From Nitrosopumilus sp. (GTDB lineage: Archaea > Thermoproteota > Nitrososphaeria > Nitrososphaerales > Nitrosopumilaceae): a stretch of DNA of 64,000 nt. Position 1 is the stretch's first letter; the number at the start of each line of letters is the position of its first letter. Where the stretch lies: positions 896,001-960,000 of the forward strand of contig OZ244650.1 of NCBI GenBank assembly GCA_965218785.1. Reading direction: 5' to 3'. The notes beneath the pieces were generated by a model. That model ran no database searches. It was not told the DNA's origin and worked only from the letters and a program-made list of their open reading frames with translations. Made by a program: the position numbers and the translations under genes. Positions 28,445 to 42,700 of the stretch are shown here, one piece after another.

Positions 28445-30124
28445 CTGTCCCTTTTAAAAAAATTCCCTGAAGCGTTTACTCCTAGAGAAATTCAAAAAGA
28501 GATCATCTCAGAGATCGAAGAAAAAATCGAGTCAGGATATAAGAAAATTATTTTATGTGCGCCCACCGGCGTTGGAAAATCCCTGGTGGGCGCCACCATC
28601 TCCAGACATTTTGACAGCTCCTTTACCGTGACTGCGTCAAAACACCTGCAGGATCAATACATCAAAGACATTCCCTTCCTTAAACCGGTAAAGGGCAAAC
28701 AGAACTTTCCCTGTCTCAAACTAATGTCCTCTGAAAAAGTTGACAGCCCCGTACAGGCCATGAGTTGGAGACTGACATGTGAAAAGGGACAGTGCCAGGA
28801 GAGGACAAGTAAAAATGGAAAGCAGGTAGTCGAGGTCTGTAAATTCAAACCGACAATCAAGCAGGTTGAAGAAAACACTCAGGACCCGCAGTCCTGCCAT
28901 TATTATCTGCAAAAATATCAGGCCCTTGCATCAAAACATTCCTTGTGGAATTATCATGCCTTTTTTCAAATCATGAAATTCAACAAAAAACTTTTTGAAA
29001 AATACCTTGATAGAAAGGTCTCCATTTTTGACGAGGCACACAAGATAGAAGATCAGATAATACAGTTTGTCGGGTTTGATATTTTTAGCCGCCAGATTGA
29101 TGAATGTAATCTGAATTCTGAAAAATATGATTTTACAGATTTGGATTCGATGATTCAACTAACTGACGATGTTGCCTATTCTTATGCCAATAAAATCAAG
29201 GACATAAAGGAAAGCCCCGCCTTTGAGAATAAACCTGATTATGAATTAATTACAAGCTTGGAGAGGCGTTATGACAGGGCCGCACAGGCAAAAATTGACA
29301 TCCTGTCTGATAAGGAGAATTTCATCGTAAATGATCCCGTAAAAGACCTGAATGGAAATTTTAGAACCATCTCTGTAAAGCCGATCGACGTTTCAAAATT
29401 TGCAAGTACTTTTTTTGACACCGAATATCAGATTTTCATGTCTGCCACTATTGACAAATCCAGTTTTTGTGATAACATGGGTCTAAAAAAAGACGATGTC
29501 GCATTCGTTGATACTCCAAAATCACCGTTTCCAATCGAACACAGAACAATCAGTCTTTTGAATGTCTGCCGCCTCAGTTATGGCTCTACTGAAGACGATG
29601 AGATTAAAGTCATAAAGGTAATTGATGAAATTTTAGACGAGCATTCAAATGAACGGGGACTGATACTGACTTCCTCCATTCCCCGGTGTCAGAAAATTCT
29701 TCGATACCTCTCACCAAAGAACACCAAAAGAATCAGAATCTGCCATAGTAAAAACAGAGACGGAAAGACACAGGATGAAATTATCTCCGAACATGCCTCT
29801 GATACTACGAGTGTTTTGCTGTCCTCCTCCCTGTGGGAGGGAGTGGATCTAAAAGATGATTTGTCAAGATTCCAGATTATTGCAAAGGTGCCATACCCAA
29901 ATTACAAGGAAAAGAGAACAAGGGCAAAAATGGATAAATTTCCCACGTGGTACACATCTAAAACCCTGACCAAACTGCTACAGGGATTTGGCCGTTCAAT
30001 TAGGAGCAACGATGACTGGGCCAAGACCTATGTTCTGGATGCTGCTGTCAATAACGTGTTTTTTAAGGCACAGCAGATGATTCCAAAGGCATACTATGAC
30101 GTTTTAGGAATGGAGGATCCCTAG
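28445..30124 (+). CDS. DinG/XPD-family (Fe-S) ATP-dependent DNA helicase, probable CTG start
   Basis: The frame extends upstream of the called ORF through a Q-motif (PREIQ) and Walker A (APTGVGKS). DEAH, SAT, EGVD and QG.GR.IR are also present. In-frame TGA at 28436. Confidence 0.92.
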   Translation: MSLLKKFPEAFTPREIQKEIISEIEEKIESGYKKIILCAPTGVGKSLVGATISRHFDSSFTVTASKHLQDQYIKDIPFLKPVKGKQNFPCLKLMSSEKVDSPVQAMSWRLTCEKGQCQERTSKNGKQVVEVCKFKPTIKQVEENTQDPQSCHYYLQKYQALASKHSLWNYHAFFQIMKFNKKLFEKYLDRKVSIFDEAHKIEDQIIQFVGFDIFSRQIDECNLNSEKYDFTDLDSMIQLTDDVAYSYANKIKDIKESPAFENKPDYELITSLERRYDRAAQAKIDILSDKENFIVNDPVKDLNGNFRTISVKPIDVSKFASTFFDTEYQIFMSATIDKSSFCDNMGLKKDDVAFVDTPKSPFPIEHRTISLLNVCRLSYGSTEDDEIKVIKVIDEILDEHSNERGLILTSSIPRCQKILRYLSPKNTKRIRICHSKNRDGKTQDEIISEHASDTTSVLLSSSLWEGVDLKDDLSRFQIIAKVPYPNYKEKRTRAKMDKFPTWYTSKTLTKLLQGFGRSIRSNDDWAKTYVLDAAVNNVFFKAQQMIPKAYYDVLGMEDP

Positions 30125-30597
30125 ACCACATAAAAATTCATCATCTGGATTGACTGCCATGTAAGAATCATAAATGATGCCGACACGGGTTTCATTTAAT
30201 ATTCTAGCATTCAGGCAGAATCACATTGTTGTAAGATGCCTGAAATCCGATACGTCATATCTCATTCTCAAACCGGTCTCATATCTAAAGCCCTATGTCT
30301 CATGGCTCCAACATGAAGCCATATCTGACTTGATGTATTATTCGGAGACAGGCAACACACGCTTTTCCTGATGGATCTCTGTTTGAGGATCGGGAATCGA
30401 GGATCAGATATTCAAACTGTGTGAGATCTCTTAGGGCTCATGATGAGTTATTCCTGTAAATCATGTATTATATTGGGAATGGCAGAATCTGCATGACATC
30501 CTGGATATGGCGTATAATTGCTGATTTTTGTAAATTTACAGACAATACCCACCAATCACAATTTAATATATAAAACATCAATCTATTTTTCTATGGT

Positions 30598-30714
30598 ATG
30601 TATACTTGCCGATTTATCTCAAACCAATTGTTGTTGGGATGGTGTAGGACTAAAATGAGGGGTGAAGAATGAATTGCGAGTAAATCCCGCATATCCTACT
30701 CTTTATCATACCCC
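30598..30714 (+). promoter_or_regulatory. Conserved leader of giant gene 1
   Basis: Alignable to 53955-54076: ATGTATACTT...G(G/A)GGTGAAG...AAGAATGAATTG...GCATAT...TCTTTATC...TTGAG. Confidence 0.6.
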
Positions 30715-33700
30715 TTGAGTCCTGCATCTGCTGCAGTCATTTGCGTGCTAGCCCTCTCCCTCTCTGCCGGACTGGTATTAGATGCACATGCCCAAGCAAT
30801 TCATCAAATATACAATATAGACTCCCTTGACCTCCCAGACAACGGATACCGGCACAATCTGACACATCTGACTGGTAATTATTACGTCTCCTCACACACT
30901 GTAATCACTCCTGACACCACCCCCACACAACTGGATTCGGCAGTCACCCTCAGATTATACAGCATCATTAATGAGCACATCACGCTGATTGGCAGCCAGG
31001 TAATACAAAACAACGCCCAAGACAAAACCCTGTCACTACACGAACTTTCAACAGAACCCAAATCAACTGCCCTCACCCGCGTGGATGATGATACAATCGC
31101 AGTCTCATATGTAGTTGGCAGTACGTCCAGTACCGTTACCACATATGATGTTGATACCGGTTCTACCACACCGTTTGGTAATCCTAAAAGTGCGGACTTT
31201 AGAGATGGTACCAACGGCGAACAGACGCAGAACCATTCTCTAGTAACACTTGATGCAAACAGGCTGCTAGTTGCATATTCGTATCCGAACAGTTCTCCCA
31301 CCGGCTTTATGCATGTCATCACCATTGATCCCAACACCGGTGCCCTGAGTGCCGGTACCCCCGCACCAATCACTGCCAACCAAGGGCTGTACCCGTCCAT
31401 GGTAAAGCTCGATGATGACACGGTGGTACTTGCATACAGGGGCAACTCTGCACATCCATTCATACAGACATTTGATGTTTCAGCTGATAACACCATTACT
31501 GCCGGAACCGCATATGATATCGAGGATAGAATAACGGCATACAACTCTCTTATCCGGGTCGATGATGACACGGTGGCACTCGCATACTCTGCGATTGGTG
31601 CCAGCACATCCGCATCTGTCGGGCACGGCACCATCAAGGTATTTGATGTCACCTCAGCCGGCGTCATTACTGAAACGGACAGCCAAACGTATTACGGTGC
31701 TGCCGCAGACGCAACATTTGAAGAACAGGTACACCTCAACTCGCTGGCACTGCTGGATTCTGACACTATTGCCCTCGCATACAGGGGAGATGCTGCAGAC
31801 GGCTTTATCCGATTATATGACATTGATCACACCACGGGCACCCTGACGGCAGCAGGCATACCATTTGAGCATGACCAGGCAGACGGTTCATTCAACTCGC
31901 TTGTACGAGTCGATGATATCACACTGGCACTCGTGTACGGAGGGGATCTTTTGGCTGCCATGCCGGATTCCACTGCAACCCCCAACAGAATCAAGACACT
32001 TACTGCTGTAGACCCCGGCACATCCCCGCCAGTCATCGTGTCTGCCGTGGCCAATGATGCGACCATGATCGTACTTGCCGCATCCGAACCCCCTGAAGGA
32101 ACCGCATCTGTTCAATACGCCGTTACGGCGGATACACCGCCCACTGTTGTCATATCCTCAACTACTGCCTTTGATGAGACCGCCACAAACACCGGCACCC
32201 TATCCTACACTGCTGAATTTACAGAGCCCGTGACAGGCTTTGATGTGTCAGACATCCGCGTAACTGGAACGGCATCAGGCGGCTCTCCTATGGCATCAAA
32301 CTTTGATGGGACCAGTGATAGATACACCTTTGAGGTGAAAACCACTTCTGATGGAACAGTCCTGCTATCAATTCCCGCAGGTGCGGCAGCAGATGCGGCA
32401 AACAACGGCAACAGGGCATCCGGCATATACGTCATTACAGTCGATACTGCCATTCCCGAAATTAACTCAATAGTTCTCACCGATTCTAGTACGGTCGTAC
32501 TTGTCGCATCAGAACCCCTCGTAGATGTTCCTGATACCGGCACCTTCCAAGTCTCCGACAACACAGTATTTGGCACCTCACTCTCTGATAGAATCATAAC
32601 ACTCACAGTCAATATGCCCATCAAAGCAACCGGGGTCATTAAAGTCACCTACACCGGCTCGAATTTTGCCGATTCTGCGGGAAACCCGCTTGCCGACTTT
32701 ACTGACATGTCCGTGATAAACAGCATATCTCAAGTACGGATTGTCCATGCCGCCCTGGATGAAAACAGCGGAATACTTGAGATACGGTTTAGCGGCACCA
32801 TCCAGTCTGATGAAGTATCCCCTGAAAAAATCCACATCATAGATTCTGATTCTGCTGCAAACAGCGTAACGCTCTCTGATGGCGAACTTGTCGGAGTGGA
32901 TGGGACCGTGGTAACATTCAGACTTGATGAACAGAACAGACAAAACGTAATTCTGTTTGATGTGCCGACCCTTAGTTTTGACTCTGTCGCAATGTCCTTT
33001 ACAGACGGAAAAGAATTCCCCCAGTCCACAGACACATTCAGGGCGGTTCCAGTCACGAGTCTTCCGCTTGAACCATTCCAGTCAGCAGATGACACCATAT
33101 ACAGCATTCCCGGAGTGGAGATAGGCAATAACGGCACAAAAATGTTTATTCTGGAATTAATAGGTTCCGTCTACTTTGTGGAATACGATCTTGCCACTCC
33201 GTTTGATATTTCAACTGCCAGCCGCGTACAATCCGTGTACCTGGGATCCGGTACGGATCTTCATATTTCTCCGAATGGTACAAAATTATTTTTCGCAAAG
33301 GCTACTGACCCAATAACGACATATACGCTTTCCACGCCCTTTAATATTTCCACTGCGACACTATCTGATTCCGCCCAATTTCTATCAGACAATAAATATG
33401 TGAGTGGAATTGACATGACACCAGACGGCACAATGTTGTTCATATATGACGATTTTGCTGATTTAGTATACCAGTACGATCTTGTCACCCCCTTTGATGT
33501 CAGCACGGCCGAAAGTAATGGCACGTTTCTGGTACCTGGAGATTTTACTACACCCATCACTGCCCTGTCAGTATCTGATGACGGCGGACACCTGTTCTTA
33601 CTAGATGTTACACAGGGCATGACCCGATATGCCCTTGCCACGCCATTTGATGTCACTACCGCCCACAGTCCTGAAACAATACTGCCCCCCGTCCGTTTCA

Positions 33701-36700
33701 ACTATGGAATTGCGTTATACGATGATGACACAAAGATGATCCTCACATCAGATACGGATCGCAGCATACACCAGTTTGCGCTGTCAGTATACGACCTTGA
33801 GACAACACATGCCGTCATGGACATACCTGTTATCACATCTGTCTTTGCAGCCCCCGGCATCTACGGCATTGGGGATACTGTTGATATTACGGTGCGATAC
33901 TCTGAGGATGTACGTGTAACTGGAATACCCAAGATGGGAATCAGCATCGGGGATCAAATCATACAGCTTGATTACAGCCCCGCCCCGCCCTCCTCTGATC
34001 TTCTCTTTCAGTATGTTGTACGGGAGGGAGATAATGTCAATCCGCTGGACCATGCCGGAACAGAGTTGATACTCCCGGATGATGGCGCATTCCTCGTCTC
34101 CTTTGAGCATGGCGTGGAAACCTTCAACGCGCTTCCAGAGCCCGGCTCTGCCGCATCCCTTGCAACCTCTAACGTGGTACTTGACGGCGTGAGACCCACA
34201 CCCCACCAGTATCCGGAGATATCAGTTGATACCATAACAGTACAACTGACTGAGCAGATCAGCCTCGCCGGTTCTCCTGCCTTTAACTTTGCCATACGCG
34301 GTCTTGAATCCAATCCAACTGTCAGATCAGTTAGCATGTCTGGTACGAATGCCACGCTGACCCTCTCCGGACCTATCATGTTACACCAGGCCCCTACCCT
34401 CTCATACGTGCCATCAAACGTGGGCTCCATATCTGACCCTGCCGGAAACACCTTACTTGGCTTTACCATGCCGTTGTCGCATCAAGGCTCAGTTGATCTT
34501 GTCTCGTTATTCATGGATGAGGATAACAAATGGATAGAGGCAAAATTTGACAGCATTATAGACGTATCCACCATAGCACCTGCAAACATGCGGATTATTC
34601 CATCAGGCTCGGCGGACATACTGCTTGCTGATGACGCTCTTTTAACCGTGTCTGATTCAGATACGATACGACTACAACTGACAGACGCGCAGATAAACAC
34701 GATAAGACTTGCAACGCGCACCACCCTCCATTTTGACTCTGTTGCGATGCATGATGTGGCAGGCGATCCCTTCCCCACGCCGTTCCACGTGGTATCGCCT
34801 GTGAATGCCGGCTCTGTCGAATTTCCAGCAGTTGGAAACCCGACCGGACTGGCATTCTCCAATGACGGGCGCAAGATATTCCTATCTGATGGCGGCTCAC
34901 ACATCATATCAGAGTATTCGCTGCCCGTCCCCTTTGTCCTGACACAGGCGACGTTTGTGAGCTCACTTGATGTGGACTCTTATGCCGGCGATAACTACCA
35001 GGTCGTCTTTTCTGATGACGGGCTCAAGATGTTTGTTTCAGCACGCTTTGGCGGCATTGTCGAGCATTCGCTATCCGCACCGTTTACACTATCAACTGCC
35101 ACGTTTGTACGCGAGTCTGCTGGAATCATATCTGATACCACTACGGCCTCTGAAGGACTGACATTCTCCGGTGACGGCAGCAGCATGCTTGTAACAACTG
35201 ACCGTGACGGTATTGTTATGGGCCAGTTTGACCTTCCAGTACAGTTTGATCTGGCCGCATTTAATCGCGGCTTCCTCCTGGATCTGAGTGAGGATATCAC
35301 AAGCCCGGTACAGGTGATAATATCCGATGATGAAAACAGGGTGCTCATTTTGGACTCTAGTAATGACACAGTTCACACATACAACAACCAGAGGCCCGAC
35401 ATACCATTTGATATACAGAATCTGATTCATGCCGGAACTGCCACGCTGGAGGGGACGGATATAGATCCCAGGACAATGACGTTCTCCGGTGACGGTCTTG
35501 ATCTGTTTGTAGGGGATGTCTTCGGCGATGGGAAGGTAAGGCAGTACTCCCTTGCCACATTCGAATTATACGTGGATCCCGTGTGTGCAGGAGACCAGAC
35601 AGTCGTTGGCGGTGTATGTGTAGACCCCGTATGCGTCGGTGACCAGGTCCTGACCGGCGGTGTATGTGTAGAGCCCACATGCATCGGTGACCAGGTCTTG
35701 ACTGGCGGCATGTGCGTGGAACCAACATGTATCGGTAATCAAGTTTTAACTGGCGGCATGTGCGTGGACCCGACATGTTCTGCATCATCCATCCTGGCTG
35801 CCGGCATCTGCCGGGATGAAGTCGATGACTATCTGCGTCTGGCATCATTTGATCCGAATTCGGGAACATTCTCCCTCACCTTTGAAATTGTCATCGATAA
35901 TGACACCATTGATCCTGCAAAATTCCAGATCCGAGAATATGATACTGTCTCGGGGGTGACCCTCTCCGCTGCCGAGCTTGTCACATCTGTTGATTCCAGA
36001 GAGCTGATCTTTACGCTGACTGATACAAACAGGCAGACCGTATCGGGGTATCTCAGACCGACTGTATTCCTTGAAACATCTGCAGTAACTGATGCCAATG
36101 GAAATACATTTCCGACATCCAGTGACATTAGCAACGCGGTGGAGCTAAAGATACTCTCACTTGATACCATACTTGGCGAACTGCCGGTGTTTGGGGACAT
36201 TGAGTTCTCCTTTGATGGAAATACTTTGTACATCGTTGAGAGATACAACACGATAGAGACGAGAGAGATGAGAGACCAGCTGTCCCAGTTCTCGCTGGAC
36301 GCACCGTTTGATGTTGAAGATCCGACTGAGATGGGAACCACCTCGCTTGAGGCCCAGAACAGATTTCTGCGCGATATAGAGCTATCCAATGACGGAACAA
36401 GCATGTTCATACTAGATGATGAGAACGGCATATACGAGTATTCACTGTCTACACCCTTTGACACGTCCTCGCCGACCCATGTGAGGACGTTTGCAGCAGG
36501 TGCCAGTTTACAGACTCCGCGCGGAATGGATTTTTCTGCTGACGGCATGGATTTGTTTGTAATTGAGGCCAGATCAGACATTGTAACGCATTACTCGTTG
36601 ACTGCCCCCTTTGACATACGGTCACCAACCGAGGTCAGCAATTACTCCATAGCAGACAGGGAGAGTAAACCGCTAGATGTAGAGATCTCCGAGGATGGAC

Positions 36701-39700
36701 GAGAGATGTTTGTGCTGGGATCACAGGCCAACAGCGTAATCCAGTATGGCATGTCCGCCCCCCTTGATCTTAGCACTGTCACATATAGGCATTCTTTAAC
36801 TCCACACCCCTTTGACGTACTGTCCCGCGGAATAGAGTTCTCCCCTTCCGGTGACAGAATGTACTATCTGGGAGACGCACTTAACAATCTGCACCAGTAC
36901 TCCCTCAACACGTTTGATATTGGAGTTTGCGAGGGATCCCAGACAATCGTTGACGGGATATGCATGGATCCCACGTGTACCGGAGACCAGACCATTGCAG
37001 GCGGCATGTGCGTGGACCCCGTGTGTGCCGGAAACCAGATGGTCCTTGACGGGGTATGCATGGATCCGACATGTATCGGGGATCAGATGACCATCGGCGG
37101 CATGTGCGTGGACCCCGTGTGCATCGGGGATCAGAGCGTCGTTGAAGGGATGTGCATGGATCCCGTGTGCCCTGCAAACGAACACGGGATTGGAGGAGTA
37201 TGTATCAGCATTGAGATCGTTTTGGATTCTGTGACCCTGAACTATTCCACGGGGAGGATGTTTATGATATTTAGCGATATAATCGATCATGCCAGCATCA
37301 CCCCTGCAAAAATCCACATTATGGGTACGGGCGGCGATTCTGAGGATATCGCACTCTCTGCAGCAGAGCTAGTCGTCTCCTCTGACTCGTCCGTGGTAAT
37401 ATTTGATCTCTCGGATCAAAACCGGCAAAAGGTCGCGTCATTTGTGAATCCCGCCGTCCACTTTGATATACACTCGCTCTCGAGTCTGGACCGTAAAATG
37501 TTCCCCGTCGCATTTGAGCTGTCTGAGCTGTCCCTTGCAGACTCTGTTGATATTGATGATCCTGACGATCCTGACCGGTCTGCGTTAACTCTGGGGGATG
37601 CGACATTCTCTAATGACGGCAGTACCATGTTTGTAACGCAGACAGATGATTACAAGATATACCAGTATGCGCTCTCCGTACCATTTGATGTTGGCACCTC
37701 CATGCTTGTATCATCCTTTGTATTTTCAAACAGTTTGACACCAGAAGCAGTGGACTTTGATGATGACGGTACAACGATGTTTGTGCTGCAGACAGATTCT
37801 GGCACGGCGACTGCAGGCGTATACCCGTACACCCTGTCTACCCCGTTTGACATATCTACAATAGAATCCCCCCTCGTAAACCCGAGCGGATTCTCAGTAT
37901 CTGACCAAAGCAGCTCTGCCACGGGCCTGGCGTTTTCAGGTAACGGAACTGGCATGTTTGTAGTGGGGACCGGTGATGGAAAAATATACTGGTACTCGTT
38001 GACTGCACCCTTTGACATATCCACACCGATGTTTGCAGGCAGTTCCGCTGCACCCTTTGATGGCGGTGTCGATATCACGGGCCTGGAATTCTCTGATGAT
38101 GGAAATACAGTGTTTGTAGCAGACTCTGATAATGACGAGATAGACCTGTATGCCCTGACTGCACCCTTTGACATATCCGCACCGGTGTACCTGCGTTCCC
38201 TGGGCATCTCAGAGGATGACACCCCGGCAGACGTTTATTTTTCCACGGATGCCAGCGCCCTGTTTGTAACAGGCTCCCAAACTGACAGGGTATACCGGTA
38301 TGATCTGAGTGTTTCATATGACGTGCCTGGCTGCGGAGAGGATAGTTCATGTACTGGTTCATCCCTTGATATCCTCTCTGCAGTATGGCGGGATCCCGAC
38401 GAGTCTGATACTGTCTTATCAGACGGCGATGAGCTGAGCATCACGTTTAACCAGGTTACTGACATGGCGGGATCTCAGGTGCTCTCAAAGTCAGTCCTTG
38501 ATGCAATCTTTGAGTTTGGGGGGACGCTTGGGGCAGATTACACCGGCGTGTGGTCTGATGCCAGAACGCTTGTAATTACCGTAATTGACTCGACTGGCGG
38601 TGATGCGGCGGTGGGTGATACCATCTCGCCGTTTAGGGGGACGGCATTCATATACAGCCTTGATACTGCGGGCGGAACCGCATTTTTCCGTCCTGCCGAA
38701 GTTGCAACAAACTCCACGGGGCACATCTTTGTTGCAGACTTGAACAACGTCCAGATATTTGATCCGGATGGAACGTATGCCGGAGCACTTGACACCGCGG
38801 GCGGAACCGCATTTTCACGTCTTGCCGGCATTGCAACAAACTCCACGGGGCACATCTTTGTAGCTGATGACGGACTCAACCTGGTCCGGATATTTGATCC
38901 CGATGGAACGTATGCGGGAGCCCTTGACACCGCGGGCGGTCAGACGTTCAGGGTGCCTGCAGCCGTTGCAGTGGGACCCGATGACAGGATCTACGTCAGC
39001 GATACTGACGCTAGCAACGTAGACAAGCGAGACCGGCGCAACGTCCAGATATTTGATCCGGACGGAACGTATGCCGGAAGACTTGCCACCACTGTCAGCA
39101 CAGAATTTGACACACCCCTGTCTGTTGCAACAAACTCCACGGGGTACGTCTTTGTGGCAGACAGTGGCAATGATGATATCCGCATATTCCATCCGGACGG
39201 GAGAAACATTGCCAATATAGACGCAACCGGCCAGAGCGGCTCCTCAAGTCCTATTGCAGTCGCCACAAACTCCACGGGGCACATCTTTGTATCATTTGCA
39301 AACGTTGGTGCTGCTGCTGACAGCATCGAGATATACACGGGCTCTGGCGTGTACATCGAGGATCTGCCCCTGAGAAACGTGGATTTTGGACGGGCGTCGG
39401 GGATTGCAGTGAACCCCGATGATCGGCTGATCATCGTTGATTCCCAAAACAACGAGGTGTATGTCTTTGGCCATCAGATAATATACTCTGATACGGGACT
39501 GCAGCAGTTCGCCTCTGACGCAGATACCTCCGGCAACTTTGGAATACTTCGCCCGACTGTATCTGTAACATCCGATGTACTCCCGGGTGCTACTACCGCA
39601 CTTGACACGGTAGGATTCACCGTGGTATTCAGCGAGGAGGTTACCGGATTTGATGCGTTAGATATAGCAGTAACTGGTATGGCGCAGGCCGCAGTCGTTC

Positions 39701-42700
39701 CATCAAGCTTTGATGGTGCTGCCAACCCGACATTCACCTTTGACGTGCTGGCAACTGCTGACGGGGAGATGACAGTCTCTGTTCTGCCGCTTGCTGCAAG
39801 TGCGACTAGCTCCGGCAATGCCAACCTTGCATCAAACGATTATACCATAACCGTAAACACGTCTGACCCAACTGTAACCATATCCTCCTCTACCCGGGAC
39901 GGCTCTGTTATACCATCAAACCTTGTCTCCTACAGGGTCACCTTCAGCGAGGAGGTCACCGGATTTGATGCCGAAAACGTTGCAATAACCGGAGGCGCGC
40001 AGGCAAAAGTTGTATTATCAAGCTTTGATGGTACTGCCAACCCGGTATTCACCTTTGATGTACTGGTGTCTGCTGATGGGGTGATGACTCTGTCAATACC
40101 TGCAAATGTTGCAACTGCCGCTGCCACAGGTCGCACCAATGTCGCATCAGCCGAGTACACCGTAACAATAATCACGTCAAACCCGACTGTGACGGTATCC
40201 TCAGTCGTTGACAGCGGGGCTAGTACCAACCTGCGCCAAATACTGTACACTGTGACATTCAGCGAGGAGGTCGCCGGATTTACAGCATCAGACGTTGTAG
40301 TAACCGGTTCGGCAGGAGCCACAGTTGACGGGTCAAGCTTTTTTGATGCGCTCAACCCCGTATTCACCTTTAACGTACTGGCAACTGCAAGCGGACAGGT
40401 AACAGTGTCGATTCCGTCTGGCGCTGTAAATGCAGCAGTCTCCGGCAATGCCAACACCGCGTCAGCTGAGCATTCCATAACAGTCGACCTGACAAACCCG
40501 ACTGTGACGGTATCCTCAGTCGTTGATAACGGGGCAAGTACCAACCTGCGCCAAATACCGTACACCGTGAGATTCAACGAGGCAGTTACCGGATTTGCAG
40601 CATCAGATGTGGCAATAACTGGCACGGCGCAGGCAGTCGTTAACGAGTCAAGCTTTGATGGTACTGCCAACCCGTCATTCACCTTTGATGTGACGGTATC
40701 TTCAGACGGGCAACTAACAGTATCCATACCTGAAGGCGCTGCAAACGAATCCGACTCTGGCAATCCCAACATTGCGTCAGCCGAGCATACGATAACTGTG
40801 GATACGTCCGGCCCGACTGCAACGGTATCCTCAGTCGTTGACAGCGGGGCAAGTACCAACCTGCGCCAAATACCCTATACTGTGATCTTTGGCGAGGCAG
40901 TTACCGGATTTGAAGCATCTGATGTCACGGTAACTGGAACTGCAACTGAAACCGGCGGCTTCATTGTGTCGCACTTTACATCTGTTGGCGGCTCCGTGTA
41001 TACATTTGATGTTGAAATTATCAGTAATGGAACTGTATCAGTATCCGTTGCTGGGAATGAGGTGGTAAACCTGGCAGGCAACGGCAATACTCACTCTAAC
41101 ACGCACACAGTTACAGTTGACACGGTACCAGTCAAGATACTCTCTGCAGTATGGATGGATCCCGACGACCTTGACTTTGTCTTGTCTGACGGTGATGAAC
41201 TTAGCATCACCTTTGATCATGTTACTGACATGGCAGGACTTTCGGTGCTGACAAAGCACGAGATAAATTCCATCTTTGAGTTTGGGGGGACGCTTGGAGC
41301 CAACTATACCGGTGTGTGGTCTGATGATGCCAGAACGCTTGTAATTACCGTAATTGACTCGACTGGCGCTGATGCTGAGATCGGCGATACTGTCTCGCCG
41401 TTTAGGGGAACCACCTACATACGCAGCCTTGATACCACGGGCGGAACAGCATTTTCGCTGCCTGCCGGAGTTGCAACAAACTCCACCGGATACTCCTTTG
41501 TTGTAGATTTTACCAACCGCAACGTCCAGATATTTGATCCCGATGGAACGTATGCCGGACTCCTTTACACCGCAGGCACAGGCGAAGTTCCACGTCTTGC
41601 CGGCATTGCAACAAACTCCACGGGGCACATCTTTGTAGCTGATGACGGACTCAACCTGGTCCGGATATTTGATCCCGATGGAACGTATGCGGGAGCAGTC
41701 CTTGACACCGCGGGCGGTCAGACGTTCAGGGAGCCTGCAGCCGTTGCAGTAGGACCTGATGACAGGATCTACGTCAGCGATACTGACGCTAACAACGTAG
41801 ACAAGCGAGACCGGCGCAACGTCCAGATATTCCATCCGGATGGAACGTATGCCGGAAGACTTGCCACCACCGTCGTCACCGAATTTGATGATCCCGTATC
41901 CGTTGCAACAAACTCCACGGGATTCGTCTTTGTGGCAGACGCCGGCAATGATAACATCAGGATATTTCATCCGGACGGAGGGGTAAACATTGCCAGTATA
42001 GACACGACAGGCCCGAATGCCTCTTCTAGTCTGAGGGCGGTCCTCACAAACTCCACGGGGCACATCTTTGCGGCATACAGCGGCGGCGGCGGCGACAATG
42101 CTGATATCATCCAGATATACACGGGTTCCGGCGCATACATCGGGGATCTGCCTTCCGGGGATGTGGGCTTTGGAAACGTGCTGGGGCTTGCAGCGACTGG
42201 TAATGACCAGTTGATCATATCTGATGCCCAAGCTGATGCCGTGTATGTCTTTGGCCATCAGGTGCTGTACTCTGATACTGGATTACGGCAGTTTGCGTCT
42301 GCCACAGATACCTCCGGCAACTTTGGAACGCAGCCAGTCGTGACTGGCATATCTGCAACGGATGGCATCTACACCACGGGCCAGGTCATTGCAATTACCA
42401 TGATATTTAGCGAATCAGTAACCGTATCTGATAAACCGCAGTTATTCCTGGAGACTGGTGACACTGATGCAACAGCAGTCTATGACTCCGACTCGTCGTC
42501 TGGAACCAAACTGGTATTCCAGTATACGGTTGCAGCAGGGGATAATTCCGCTGATCTCAACTATGTCGATGCAGACCCATTTACACTAAACGGCGGAAGC
42601 ATCATTGCCAATGATCGAGGCAGGCCTGCAAGTCTGCAACTTCCTGCAACCACTCTGGATGACTCACTTGCCGGCAGCTCTGATGTAGTGGTGGACACTA

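Noticed and set aside
30125-30150. Similarity to 5150-5172 (ACCACATAAAA.TTCA..TCTGGA)
   Set aside because: Too short and AT-rich to call a repeat family from two copies.
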